Shown: piece after piece, positions 1-12,819 of the stretch
Layout: each line of letters opens with the position of its first letter
How positions within the stretch are numbered: position 1 is the stretch's first letter
NCBI GenBank assembly: GCA_012295275.1
Contig: CM022679.1
Span: 28,520,001 to 28,584,000, forward strand
Reading direction: 5' to 3'
DNA: 64,000 nucleotides
Source of the DNA: Chrysomallon squamiferum
Lineage: Eukaryota; Animalia; Mollusca
The notes under the pieces: model-generated
The model's database searches: none
Seen by the model: only the letters and a program-made list of their open reading frames with translations
What the model was told of the DNA's origin: nothing
Program-made: the position numbers and the translations under genes

Positions 1-2365
1 TTACGTATTTAGAAGAGTAACTAATGTTAAACTGATATCTTTACTTAGAGCATTAAAATAAAACTGCGTGACTTGTCAAGTCTCTGAAGGTTTGTAGACA
101 ATTTATCAGTTTCTGGCAGCCCACTTTCATACTGGAACAAAAGTCTCAGACGTCAGTTTGAAAAACCAAACTGTTTCTTTCAATTAATACGCACATCTGT
201 TTGTTGCAAACACAGAGGAGCGCGGTGGGAGAACAGTCTATAAATACCAAACAGAATTCTTGTCATTCTGGACTGTGTGCTCAAACAGCCATGCATTACA
301 GTCGCGATTTTAAAGTTTTTCACTCCTGTATTCAGTCCCTCATCCATCCTTCTATTTATTCCTCCATCCCTTCATCCATACATCCTCCCTTCCATTGATC
401 CGTCCGTCCATCCACATATCCACCCTTCCATACACCCGTCCATCCACTGTCGTGAACTAAACGGGTGTCCACCCACACGTCTCTTCAGAAGTAATAATTT
501 TCTCACAAGTCAGGCGGGTCAAGTGTCTATCACAGTCACAACCGATATTCAATTAATTTTTGTTTACCGGTTCTCAAAGCCTGCGAGAGCAGAGATAAAA
601 AAGACATTTTTGTTTCGTTTTGTTTTTGTGTTACGCTGCAACAGTGTGTCAAGCGACAGAAATAAACGCGCCTGCTCCACACTTTGTGAGAGCCTGGAGT
701 AAAGTCACATCTTTTATTCGGTCGCAGTGTGTTTACATTTAGATGTTGGCGGCACATTGTTGCACGCGGTCGGAAGCCGAGTGCGGTAAACAGGTTTTTC
801 AAAGCGAGGCTGTAGGGTGGCGAGGCAAAGAATTTCGCACCCGGAGTCACAGACATTCGTGAGTTGGCCAGCAATTATTCGCCTCATAAAGCAGACGTAT
901 GAACGCCGTTTCGCGGGTTTCCTTCCCAACACCACAGCACAAAGGACGGACTGATATAAGGACGTCAAAATGACAAACAAATCTATCTCTGTTTTTTACA
1001 ATTTGTCACAGTCGTTTAAGCAGGGCTTGCCAGAGTCGTGAAGGAAAGAAAAAATTTAAAAAAATAAAAAAAAATGACAGAAAGAGCGTAGCTCTAAGAA
1101 CTGCACCCTGACGTACACACTCGTCTCTCAGCAAGTTGTGAAGAGGTTTACGCTTTTCATGGCCAAACAAATCCTTTTATCTGAATTGTGTAGCAAATAC
1201 TTTGGAGTTTTTTGTAAATTAGTTATGAATGTAGACGTAGACCTGTGACAAGCGAAGTAATTCTGAACATAAATTGTAATATTTTTGGCGTGTCAATAGA
1301 AATTTAATCTTCTTATACGCGGCATTCATGAAGAAAAAGGAGAATGTATTTGAGATATTTTGTTCTCGTTGGAAAAAATAAAAAATAAAAAAATCTTTTT
1401 ACTTTGATTCTAGATTTAAGATATTTTAATACTATTATTTCTATAGGACTTGTTTGCTAGAAAAATAATTTGCTTGTATTATTCACCAGAAAAAAAAAAA
1501 GAAAAAAAAAAGCTATACATATTTCTGTAGTCCTGTGTCTCCGTGTATTGCAGTTTGCTAATCACTGGTTTTGTCACCTGAGAAAATATTTATATCTTCT
1601 GTCTGACACACAGAAACATATACACTGCAATTTTCCTATCAATAAACAGAAAATATTCAAAAGGTTGTAAATGAAACGGACTTGTTTTTATTTTAATCTT
1701 CAATGGAAATATATTTTTAGATTTTGATTTTATGCTCGGCACTGTTATAGTACTTATACACTGAAATTGATTAAAATAATAGAAAATATAAGTGTAAGTA
1801 ACCCTCGATTTAAAAAACAATAACAGAAATATTTCTGTCACAAAATTAAACAGAAGACTGCGCTACATGTGGAAACATCGCACAACTTTCAAATAACACT
1901 TAACATTAAAAAACGTTAGTGACTAAAGTAACGGTCTGATGTCATATTCAGTAACTCGATATCAATATTGTGCTGTATAACGTTCGGGAAAGTGTATCGT
2001 TTGACAAGTGATACTAGCGCACACTCGACTCTGTGTTAAAAGCGATGCTGGACAGTGGAGTGGGGCTAACATTAAACTAATTGATAGATGTTTAGTGAAA
2101 CAACTTAATGTTAGGCAGACTGCCAGGCACATGACGTGTACAAATTGATTGTGTCAGACTTTCTTAACGTTTCCACAAATATGGTTCACATACATCTATA
2201 CTTTATATATATGAACTGTCATCTTGTGTCTGCCTGTTTGTTTGTCTGTATATATATATATATATATAAGATCTATTTTTCTGTATATATGTCTATACGT
2301 ATATATGTAGACTCTTTTACTTTCGTATTCACGAACTGTTGAAAAAGACTGTCTTCTGCCTGTAG

Positions 2366-2646
2366 GTGTGTGTGTATTATATGTACATGCATCATGAATG
2401 TACGTATGTATATATGTATGTATGTGTGTGCATGTGTGTATATATGTATGTATGTATATATATGTATGTATGTATATGTATGTATGTATGTATATGTATG
2501 TATGCGTATGTATGTATGTTTGTATGTGTGTGCATGTGTGTATGTATGTATGTATGTATATGTATGTATGTATGTATGTATGCGTATGTATGTATGTATG
2601 TATGTGTATATATTCATCTATGTTTGTATTTATACATGTATGTATG
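2366..2646. repeat. Compound (TATG)n/(TG)n microsatellite
   Basis: Directly visible. Confidence 0.9.
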
Positions 2647-3032
2647 AAATACATTTAAAATAAAATATTGTGAACATAACTGAAAGACGTATCACCAGGA
2701 AGTCATGAATACTTTAAATGATAGTAGCTTGTATTGTTTAGTAAGTTAATTTATTTCACGGTTTTAATAAGACAACTGCAGTGTTTGACTTAGAAGAGAA
2801 GTGATAAAACTTTACAAAATGCCGTTGTTTGAAGATAATCGTCCAAACATCTTAATCACGGGGTCGCGTTTGATTAATTGTACTTGTGCATGTTGAGGGA
2901 AGTGTGAAGACAGCGATAAGGCAGGCTTGAGCAGATAACATCACCCTAACACGGGCGATATCGGAATTCAACGAGGAATCTAGGGGTGGGTCTAGGGGTG
3001 GAGTCCAGGATGAGGACGTTCAGTAGCGCCTA

Positions 3033-3563
3033 ACAGGGGACTTGTTTTACAGGGACTTGTACTACTGGGGACTTGTACTACTGGGGACTTGTACTACTGG
3101 GGATTTGTACTACAGGGGACTTGTACTACAGGGGACTTGTTTTACAGGGGACTTGTTTTACAGGGGACTTGTACTTCTGGGGACTTGTACTACAGGGGAC
3201 TTGTTTTACAGGGGACTTGTTTTACAGGGGACTTGTACTTCTGGGGACTTGTACTACAGGGGACTTGTACTACAGGGACTTGTACTACAGGGGACTTGTT
3301 TTACAGGGGACTTGTACTACTGGGGACTTGTACTACAGGGGACTTGTACTACTGGGGATTTGTACTACTGGGGACTTGTACTACAGGGGACTTGTACTAC
3401 AGGGGACTTGTACTACTGGGGATTTGTACTACAGGGACTTGTACTACTGGGGACTTGTACTACAGGGGACTTGTACTACTGGGGACTTGTACTACTGGGA
3501 CTTGTACTACTGGGGACTTGTACTACTGGGGACTTGTACTACAGGGGACTTGTACTATAGGGG
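3033..3563. repeat. Minisatellite, 16-nt unit (A/T)GGGGACTTGTACTAC, about 33 copies
   Basis: Directly visible tandem units with TTTT/TACT variants and occasional 15-nt units. Explains the three overlapping ORFs at 3042-3598. Confidence 0.95.
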
Positions 3564-4589
3564 AGTCCCTTCGTAAAACTGTGCATTTTCCTTTCTAACC
3601 AAATAATAGTGATGATAAAAACTGGAAAGTACGTTTTCACTCTGGAGTACTATGTTGTGATACTCGTATTTTTATGAAATATTACAGTTAGATAATCATT
3701 CTGTCTCACTCTCTGTGTCTGTCTGTCTGTCTGTGTCTCTGAATCTCTGACTATATGTGTCTCATACACACACATATATATAGATAGATAGATATAGATA
3801 TATATATGTATATACGTGTGTCTGTCTGTCTGAAACTCATTATCTGTGTAAATATCCTAATTCTCGCAATCAGCGCCACTAAAAAACAAAACTGTTATAT
3901 GAATGAGAAAAAAAAAAACGACGTTTGATTGCTGTTAATACTGTCACAAATCTACAACATGATGAGAAATAAATGAAACCTGGGGCTTGGTTCACGCGGT
4001 GAAGCGGACAGTGGTGTAGACGTTGTTATCGCGTCTTACAAATCGCCAAACTTCGAGCTTTCCTGCCACATTGCGGCGTAAATTGCTTTTAAACATTTAC
4101 AATAAACACGAAATAAACACACAAACCGTCGTGCTGTGTTGTGTGGGGGGATAAGTGGGGCACTCGACAGTAGCGCTGGGGGATGGTATGTGGTCTACTG
4201 ACTTGAAATTCAATGACATCCGCCTCAAGTGGAATGCTTCGTAATTCTTTTTTTTTTTTTTTTTTTAAATTTGTTCTTTTTATCAAAATTTGTTTTGTGA
4301 CACAGAATAGTTGGTACTTGAAATCTTCGGGATTGGCAAAAACATTGATTTATCCTGACGTTTTTCTTACCTTTTTTTTAATTTCTGTTTTTCAGTTACG
4401 TCTTTATCTGCATTAATGTTTTTTTCTGTTTACTTTAATTTTTAGAAAACATAATGGAGTTTCTGTCGTGTTGAAAGGTTTTGATAAATTTGTCGATTCA
4501 TTAAATAATTCAATTATTAACTGCTCAACAAGCGTTTTTAGCATCAATTTTCTTTCATTCTCAGAACTCTGAAAGTACTCAAATACCCC

Positions 4590-4622
<33 letters not shown>

Positions 4623-4636
4623 AAACAAAAGTATTA

Positions 4637-4683
<47 letters not shown>

Positions 4684-4957
4684 AGAATGATCGCTCACAC
4701 ATTTACTCATTTATTTACTCACCCACTGAGTCACTAACGCACACTCACTCTCTCACTCACTCATTCGTTCACTCATTTACTCATCATTCCCTCATTGACT
4801 TCTCATCTCTATCTACCAGTTTTAGTCACACAACAAGTCACATGTGTCCTTCGCTTCCTGGTTTTGAACGCGTATCCTGTATTCCTGGTATGTTTTTAAT
4901 TAGATTATCTTTCCATTCGTTACCTACCTCATAAAATTAATATTCAGTTTGATGCCT

Positions 4958-5068
<111 letters not shown>

Positions 5069-7284
5069 GTTATTTGGTTTCGGACTTTTAATTTGTTGTT
5101 TTTTTTTTTAATGTTCATTATTATTATTCGTTGTTATGGTATATTTTCACGTATTTCACGTGTCGGAATATAAAAACGACGCCACGCTAACCGCTCGTAC
5201 AATTTTATATCAACACACACGCTATAACGTTTCAGCACCACGTGTTTTCGTTAGAAATAATCTACACATCGTATCGTTTCCGTACAAGCATTTCCTGGCC
5301 TGGCTCTGCAGAACTATCGTCTCTGCCTGCTATCTTGTCTCAGGCAAGTATAACAGATTACCATTTACCCATTCTTCAAGGAAAAAAAAGAAAAAAAAAC
5401 ACTTCTCTTATGACTGCACGTTTTCTTGCACCTGGAAAGTTAATTACACAGGCCGCTGAAAGAAACAGTTTTAGTTTTCAGTTAGGCTGCACAGGGAGGT
5501 TTGTGGCGATGAACCACCACGGAGAAAACTGAGACTGCACAGTGGATGAGCGATCGCTGGGTTGCTAGCAGTAATAAAACTCTCCTGATGAGAAATACCT
5601 GGCATTTCATTGTTAGAAAGACACAGGTGATGTGAGGATTACAGATAAACCCGTTCTTTCTTTCTCGCCTTACAAATCGTACAGCGAACGAGATTCCGGG
5701 GATGATCACTTTTCAAATAGTGGAAAACCTTTGTCTGTGTACTAGATGAGTGTCTTGTGGAGATGATGATGACGACGACACCGGCGACGGTAGGGATGAT
5801 GACAGTGATGACTCTATGATGATCATAATATGATGGCTGTGGTTTTTAAAGAAGTAATGATATTATTATGAAATGATAGTTATAACCGAGTTTTGGCCGA
5901 CACTGAAGGTAACAGTCGCCATATTGAAGATAATAATAATCATATCATTAATGATGATAAAGATATCAAAATTCCATTGCTGCTGCTGATGCTGATGATG
6001 ATGAATATGATACGGCGGCGGTACCTTTATTAGCAGGCCTATAATGTGATAATAATGGTGATGGTCCTATTATTAGTGGTGTAGATAAGAAAATTAAGAT
6101 AACGAAGATAATGACGTCACTGATCGAGTTGTTAGAGGCGGCAGTATTATCAGAGGTGCAAAGACAACATCAGCAATGTATGTTTAACATGCAGAGATTA
6201 CACAGTACATGACGAAAATCATTCAAAAATTACCTTTCTATCATCACCCTAAACATTCGACACAAATATCTGACAATGCATAAACACAGACGACTTGGGG
6301 CGTGGTGTGTAAGAGTCCGTACAGTCAAGGAAAATGTTATTTTTGTCGGTCACGAATTTCATAGAGAATTTTCTAGAGAGACTTGTACCACAACAAGAAA
6401 AAAAAGTTATATTCAGGGATGAATTATTATAGGGCCTGTAACGCTGTGAATTTTATTTTCTCTTTCATTCTTTTATTCATTTATTTTCTTCTTCTATCTT
6501 TTAATATTATTCATTATTATTATTATTTTAATTGAAAAACCAAATACAGCAATGAAATAAACATTTTTCTTTTAAGTTATTCATTTTAAACTTTGGACAC
6601 GTATGTTTTTGTGATGTATTGAATGTGTGTTTGAATGTATGTATATATTTATGTGTGTGTGTATCTTTTTATCGATCTATATCTATATCTATATATACAA
6701 ACTTACACACACACATGTGTATGTATATATTTCAAATGATTTAATGTGTATATTTGTGTGTGTGTATGTGTGTGTGTGTGTGTCTGTGTGTGTGTAGTGA
6801 CTCTGTATACCTAAAACTAAAGTCTGGTAATTATAACAATGACTATAAGTAAATGATAGGACAAGACTAATGAGTAAAGAAATGATTACGTGTTAACTAC
6901 ACTACTGATCTAAACTAATCACCATAACGAAATGTCTCGCGTCAGAACTCCCCACCTCCCGTGTTTCACGGTTGTTTGTGGCACGTTCAAAATGTACACC
7001 GCGTCGTTCGTGTAATGAGCATGCTCGAGACGCTCACGTGCACGTTACTCACCCACGTTCCATTAGAGTTGACAGGAGTTATTTCTGCCAGGGAGGTTCG
7101 CCCGCTCGTACACTCGTCTGCGATGAATTCGTACTTCGACAAAGATCGGATATTTTCGTAACTTTTCGTAATTTTTCGCATTTTTCTAATAGCCCCAAAG
7201 AAAATGTATGCTTTATTTGTTTGTTCTGTTTATGTTGTTTTAATTGTTTGTATACATTTAAAATAAGATTAGCCTAAGCATAAG

Positions 7285-7322
<38 letters not shown>

Positions 7323-7502
7323 CACAAAAGAACAAACAAACAAATATTATCATCTGAGTATGTTGCTGTTGGAGACAGAGAGACATTATGAGACTGGAGT
7401 AACAATTCATAACGACATGAATATAGTAATACATGTTCAAACAAACCATCACTACACACAGACACAGATACGCATAGACCCACATACACTCAGTGAAAAT
7501 TT

Positions 7503-7777
7503 AGCTATTAAACTATTACTGGATACAACAGTTAACTATGAAACTATTACTGAATACAACAGCTAACTATTAAACTATTACTGTACACAATAGCTAACTA
7601 TTAAACTATTACTGGATACAACAGTTAACTATGAAACTATTACTGAATACAACAGTTAACTATGACACTATTACTGAATACAGCAGTTAATTATGAAACT
7701 ATTACTGAATACAGCAGTTAACTATGAAACTATTACTGAATACAACAGTTAACTATTAAACTATTACTGAATACAAC
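7503..7777. repeat. Minisatellite, 31-nt unit GTTAACTATGAAACTATTACTGAATACAACA, about 9 copies
   Basis: Directly visible tandem units. Confidence 0.93.
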
Positions 7778-8543
7778 ATGTACAGTGGCGGCAGGACATG
7801 ACGTCAGAAGACGCGCGCGCGGTGTTTTTTAGACTGATGTCAGAGAGTGCTGGACAAGATCCAAACTTCTATCCAAAACCAGTCTAATTAATCAGCCAGA
7901 CACAGATTCCATTGTTTTTCTTTCTGTCTATCGTCTGTGTACGTAAAACGAGTAATAATGTGAGTGTTTGGTATGCGTTCAGCTCACGTGTGCGAGTGAA
8001 GGCGCAGGAACGGTTCAGAACTGAAGAAAAAGTGATTTTGATTAGATTGTAATTATCAGGAAGTTACAAAAGGTTATAAATAAAAACAGAAATAAATAAA
8101 TACAGAAATAAGCACTTAAAAAAATAAAGACAAAAAAAAAAAAAAAAATTAAGAAAGAAAGAAATATAAATAAAAAATAAATCAAATACAGACTTGTTCT
8201 CGTGTGAACATTAATATCCATCAGATGATTCTAAGACGTAATTAACATCTTTTAATGTAAACTGCAAACTCGTTTCTTGTCTGTCTGCTTCCCAGCACAT
8301 CACGTGTTTTATTCCTGTCCTGGGTTTATTGGTGTCTGTTTAAGGATATGTTTGGATAGCTGACAAAATGTACGTTCCTTTTCTGCAGCAGTTCCTTACT
8401 TACTTATCACTCTTGACGGGGATTGCTAAGTTAATTTCCGGTTATAAACGACTAAAGTTTATAATACCAACTTAATATATAAGGAAGGAAAAAATATAAA
8501 AGTATTGCTTTCAGTATGCAAATTCATTAATATTAGGATTATG

Positions 8544-8593
<50 letters not shown>

Positions 8594-11383
8594 GAAAATG
8601 TCACACTATATCATCATCATCATCAACATTATTGCCATCATAATAAATAAATAAATAAATAAAATTAATAACAGTCGTAATATTTGTGATAATCAAGGTT
8701 GAAATAAAGAAAACGCACAGCAAAACTGAATCTGATTTACTTAAAACGCAGTCACGTGTTGTATAATGACGTTTTAATCAGGAGTTTAATTCAGGAAGTT
8801 TGACAAGTGTACACGTCAGCGTCATCACAACGTCGGGCGAAGCGCTGACGTGGATCACCGGTGTTGACACGTCATCTTATAATATCGCCATAGCTGCCGT
8901 CACCATCGGAACCTGATCAATCAAGAGCGATTGACAAACATGACTGGTTTATTGGAAAGCAGTATGCGGTATTTTGGCCGCCATTGTGGTTGTCTGGCCG
9001 CCATTGTCGCTGTCTCATTGTTACACAAATGTAGCTTTTTTCTCTCTGTCGACGTCGTGAATGGTTTTATATGTGTGGCGATTTTCTTTATTATTGCTCG
9101 AGATCAATGCGTGTTATTTTCTTTTAATCTGCTTGTCGTGTTTGGAATAGCTTCTGCTGAGACGCCAATGTAAACAATAGCGCTGACTTGATGGATGAGT
9201 AAAAGAGAGCGATCTCGGTTGGGGCTGAAATTTTTTGATCTCCAGACAAGTTTTTTTTTTCTCGAGAAGATATTGTACAGAAGAAAGATCACCATCAGTC
9301 ACAGTACAATAATAAGAAATGACATCTAATAGAAAACACAGAGTTACTTACTCTGTACATTGTAGAGTCAGAACTTCTTAATAACTCGCACACGCTCTAA
9401 AAACATTCGTCACTCGTGTGAAATAAAATTAATGTCAAATATTTACATGCGATGTATTATTCTGTCATACTGGGTGTTGTTTAGAAAATAAATATTTCTC
9501 TTCATTCCACCCAGAAAGAACCACTCATCTGTAGTGCGTCGATCAATCAAGGCGAGATTCACGAGAAGAAGAAAAACTTCCGTTTATTGACGTGAATTCA
9601 GTTTAGATGTTAATTTTAAGCTACGTGTTAAAACGATATATATATATATATATGAAAAGAGAGAAAAATTAGATGAAATTCACTACTTTACTGATAGTAT
9701 CCAGAAATAATATTTACATGTCTGTCAGTTTCTCTTTTACTGCATGTCAGGATATGACGTCATCAACAGAATAACACGTCAGCAGATTGTAAATTACCAC
9801 GGTAACATACTGTCTTTCTGTTGATTCAAAGACATTCTATAGATTCTAAAGGGTAAAAATAAACATTTCTTTTTAACACTTGAATAAAGATGGTCATTTT
9901 TAATAGAACCTATATATTTAAAAGTAAGCAATAGCATTTTGAAGAAAGAAAAAAGAAACACAAAATAGTTACTGTCATTATTAATTTCTCTCTATATATA
10001 TTTTATTTTATATTTGCCTGCATTATTATTGTTATTATTATTATTATTACTATTATTATTATTAGTATTATTATTATTAATAAGAAGGGGAAGGAAATCA
10101 ATACTGTTTGACTAAAAGTCTTCCTGACAACATTACGAAATTTCTATTTCTGATTTGCAATCTGGCGATGGTGAACGCATCGTTCTAACAGTCTTTAATT
10201 GCAGCGACTGCAGCGACAAGTTCAACGTCCTCGGTCTCATTACCATTAAAACTTTCCATTTCCGTCTAGCGAAAGATAACCATCGTGACAGGGTCACCAG
10301 CCGAAGTCAATTTAACTCTTACGTGTAGCTCACCAGACTGAGATTCGTAATCCAGAAGATGAAACAAGCATCGTCAGTTTGAGTCACTTTTCAGTCTGGC
10401 TACCGAAACAGAGCTCCACGACCTACTCAAAATTTACTCAAAATCAGTAAAAACTAGTACAGTGTTAGACAAAATGCTTGAAAAGCCTTTCAGAAGTCAA
10501 GAAAGAACTCGAAACCTGAAATCCTTTTTATATTGAACGAAATAATAATCTGAAATAATAGTTTTCTGTCATTGCTTTGACACACACACGAACACGCACA
10601 CGCACATATACACACAAATAAATAAAACTTTAAAAGTTAACTGAAGTTTTATTCATTGAATAATGCCAGGGATGGCGAATACGAGTTGAAAAGAAAGTAC
10701 TGTGAATGTACTAGTATTTTACTGATAAATGAAATGTCGTGACACTGTTGCTTGTGCAGGAACATTTATAATTTGACTACGAAGTAATTACATCGTTTCT
10801 GACAGATCTTCTTCTCGGTTACATTTTGGGGTTGGAGCGCGGGTCGAAAGTACGCGCAGAAAACATTCCTAGTTAACTGTGTTATCTTCTCTTTAAAATA
10901 AACACGATCATTTATTTTCTTCATTTCTTATCTTTACTTTTTCGTTTTCTTTGTATTTCGTAATTCTTCACTATTTTTTCTCTCATTTCTTTATTGTATT
11001 TTTCCTTTTTTGTTTCATAACTCACATTTAGGAAATAGCACACTTAACAAGAATTTAGTTTATGTGCCATTTTATTTCTTTGCGTTAGATTTAAAGTGCA
11101 GAGCTATTCTTGAACAGGGAAAAAAAAATGAATGAATGAATTATGATACATAATATGTCGTTAGTAATGTGCCGAAATTTTTTTTCTGTCTTCAGTTATT
11201 ATTTATGTCAGTATATTTAACAAATGTTTGAGATTTTTTCTGAAAACTTTTATTTGAAATCTCTTTTTGTTTTTGTTCTTTTTGTCTCTTTTGTGCTTGT
11301 TTTGTCGATATATTTATTAATTTTTTAAATCTTATACCTTTAATTTGTAGAGATATGCTTTCTGGATAGAGGGGGTTATTAAT

Positions 11384-11426
<43 letters not shown>

Positions 11427-12168
11427 TTAAGCTCCTTATGTACGTTACTGATAGTTCACTCACTTATATTCAGTACCCTGGCAATACAATATCTTCGCTT
11501 ACTTAATTAACATTCCCATATTTTTATAACTAACATTTCAATGATTTTAAATATTCTATTTTTCATATATTTATACATATAGATATATTGTTCTTGTTGT
11601 TGTTATATGCCACCAGAGACTGTATTAATGTATTGTTTGATTTTTTTTTATTTCTCATTATTTCATCATACGACATTATGATGCTTTGAAGCAGACTGGA
11701 TGTTTCAAACAATTTTTATATTTTAAGCATGCAGAAATTATGTTGATGTTTTGTTTCAGATCACAAGGAGTCACTGCCTAATAACACCCTCAGTTTTTCT
11801 CTGCACTCTGATCCAATTTCAGATTTTTCTCTCTAACTCCATTTGAATTTCTTCTCACTTTTTCTACAAATATATACTAATATCATGAAAAGCTAAATTT
11901 CAGTTCTGCTAACAATAATCTGTATCTGTTAAAATCTTCTAAGCTTTCAGGAAACAACAAACTTTATTCCTTCCCATTTTTTAGTATATCTATTCCTGTT
12001 TCTATCAATATTAAAACACTTCTTTCAAGCTTACTAAACACTACGAATTTCGATCTACGCCATTTTAAATCATCTTCTTTTTCTTTTTCTCTGTATTTCC
12101 ACCTGTGTATCTGAGAGCACCACATTTTTCTCTGCTTTGACACTCACATCTTCGCCCGTCTCTTGCAG

Positions 12169-12357
12169 CGTGTAAATGCAACCTTCACGCCAGACAGTGT
12201 AGGTTCAATCTGGAGCTGTACCAGCTGTCTGGGTACAAGAGTGGCGGCGTCTGTGTGCGCTGTCGTCACAACACGGCAGGCAGGAACTGCCACTACTGCA
12301 AGGAAGGCTTCTACCGAGACCGTACTAAACCCATGTCTCACCGTAAAGCTTGCAAAG
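12169..12357 (+). CDS. NTN1: Netrin LE2 (laminin-EGF V-2) exon, copy A
   Basis: ttgcag|CG...AAAG|gtacgt, 189 nt, phase 1-1. Translates (A)[62 protein letters not shown], the netrin LE2 signature with 8 Cys. Candidate branch point CTCAC at 12143-12147. Confidence 0.93.
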
Positions 12358-12418
12358 GTACGTTCAGTGTTGTGAGAACCGCTTTTCACTCGCATGTCTT
12401 TTCTTGTTTCTTTTCCAG

Positions 12419-12607
12419 CTTGCAATTGTAATTTGCATGCACGCCGATGTCGCTTCAATAGAGAGCTGTACATGCTGTCGGGCGGGAGGAGTGGTGGGGT
12501 GTGTCTGGGCTGTAAACACAACACAGCCGGCCGCCACTGTCACTATTGTAAAGAAGGCTTTTATCGAGACTCCAGCAAGTTGATCACTGATCGCAGAGCT
12601 TGCAAAG
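12419..12607 (+). CDS. NTN1: Netrin LE2 (laminin-EGF V-2) exon, copy B
   Basis: ttccag|CT...AAAG|gtaggc, 189 nt, phase 1-1. Translates (A)[62 protein letters not shown], very close to vertebrate netrin-1 LE2. Confidence 0.95.
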
Positions 12608-12785
12608 GTAGGCGAGGCCTCGTGTCTCCTCAGCGGGTCCCTGGCGTCAACCCGTCGTACTTGTAGCTAGAAGATAGTTCCTAGATTAGAGCCTTTTCTC
12701 TTTTGTTTTACCTTATTAGCATGCTAGCATGTTAATCTACCTCTCACACACACATGTACATACTCGTACACATACCACCCATATG

Positions 12786-12819
<34 letters not shown>

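Noticed and set aside
2136-2663. ORFs rich in Y/I/H/T or C/M/Y/V
   Set aside because: Translations of (TATG)n microsatellite. The same applies to the poly-ER/SL, poly-I/Y/L/N and poly-CV ORFs elsewhere in the track.
3033-3598. Three long overlapping ORFs and a CRISPR-like regular repeat
   Set aside because: A pure 16-nt tandem repeat that happens to lack stops. There are no unique spacers, no cas genes, and the context is eukaryotic.
12169-12357. Exon copy A as a pseudo-exon or assembly/haplotype artefact
   Set aside because: It has intact splice sites, frame and cysteines, and heavy synonymous divergence from copy B, far more than allelic. The duplication does not extend into flanking intron sequence.
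12144-12583. ORFs 12144-12524 (-), 12163-12375 (+) and 12350-12583 (+)
   Set aside because: Antisense or alternative-frame shadows of the two netrin LE2 exons.
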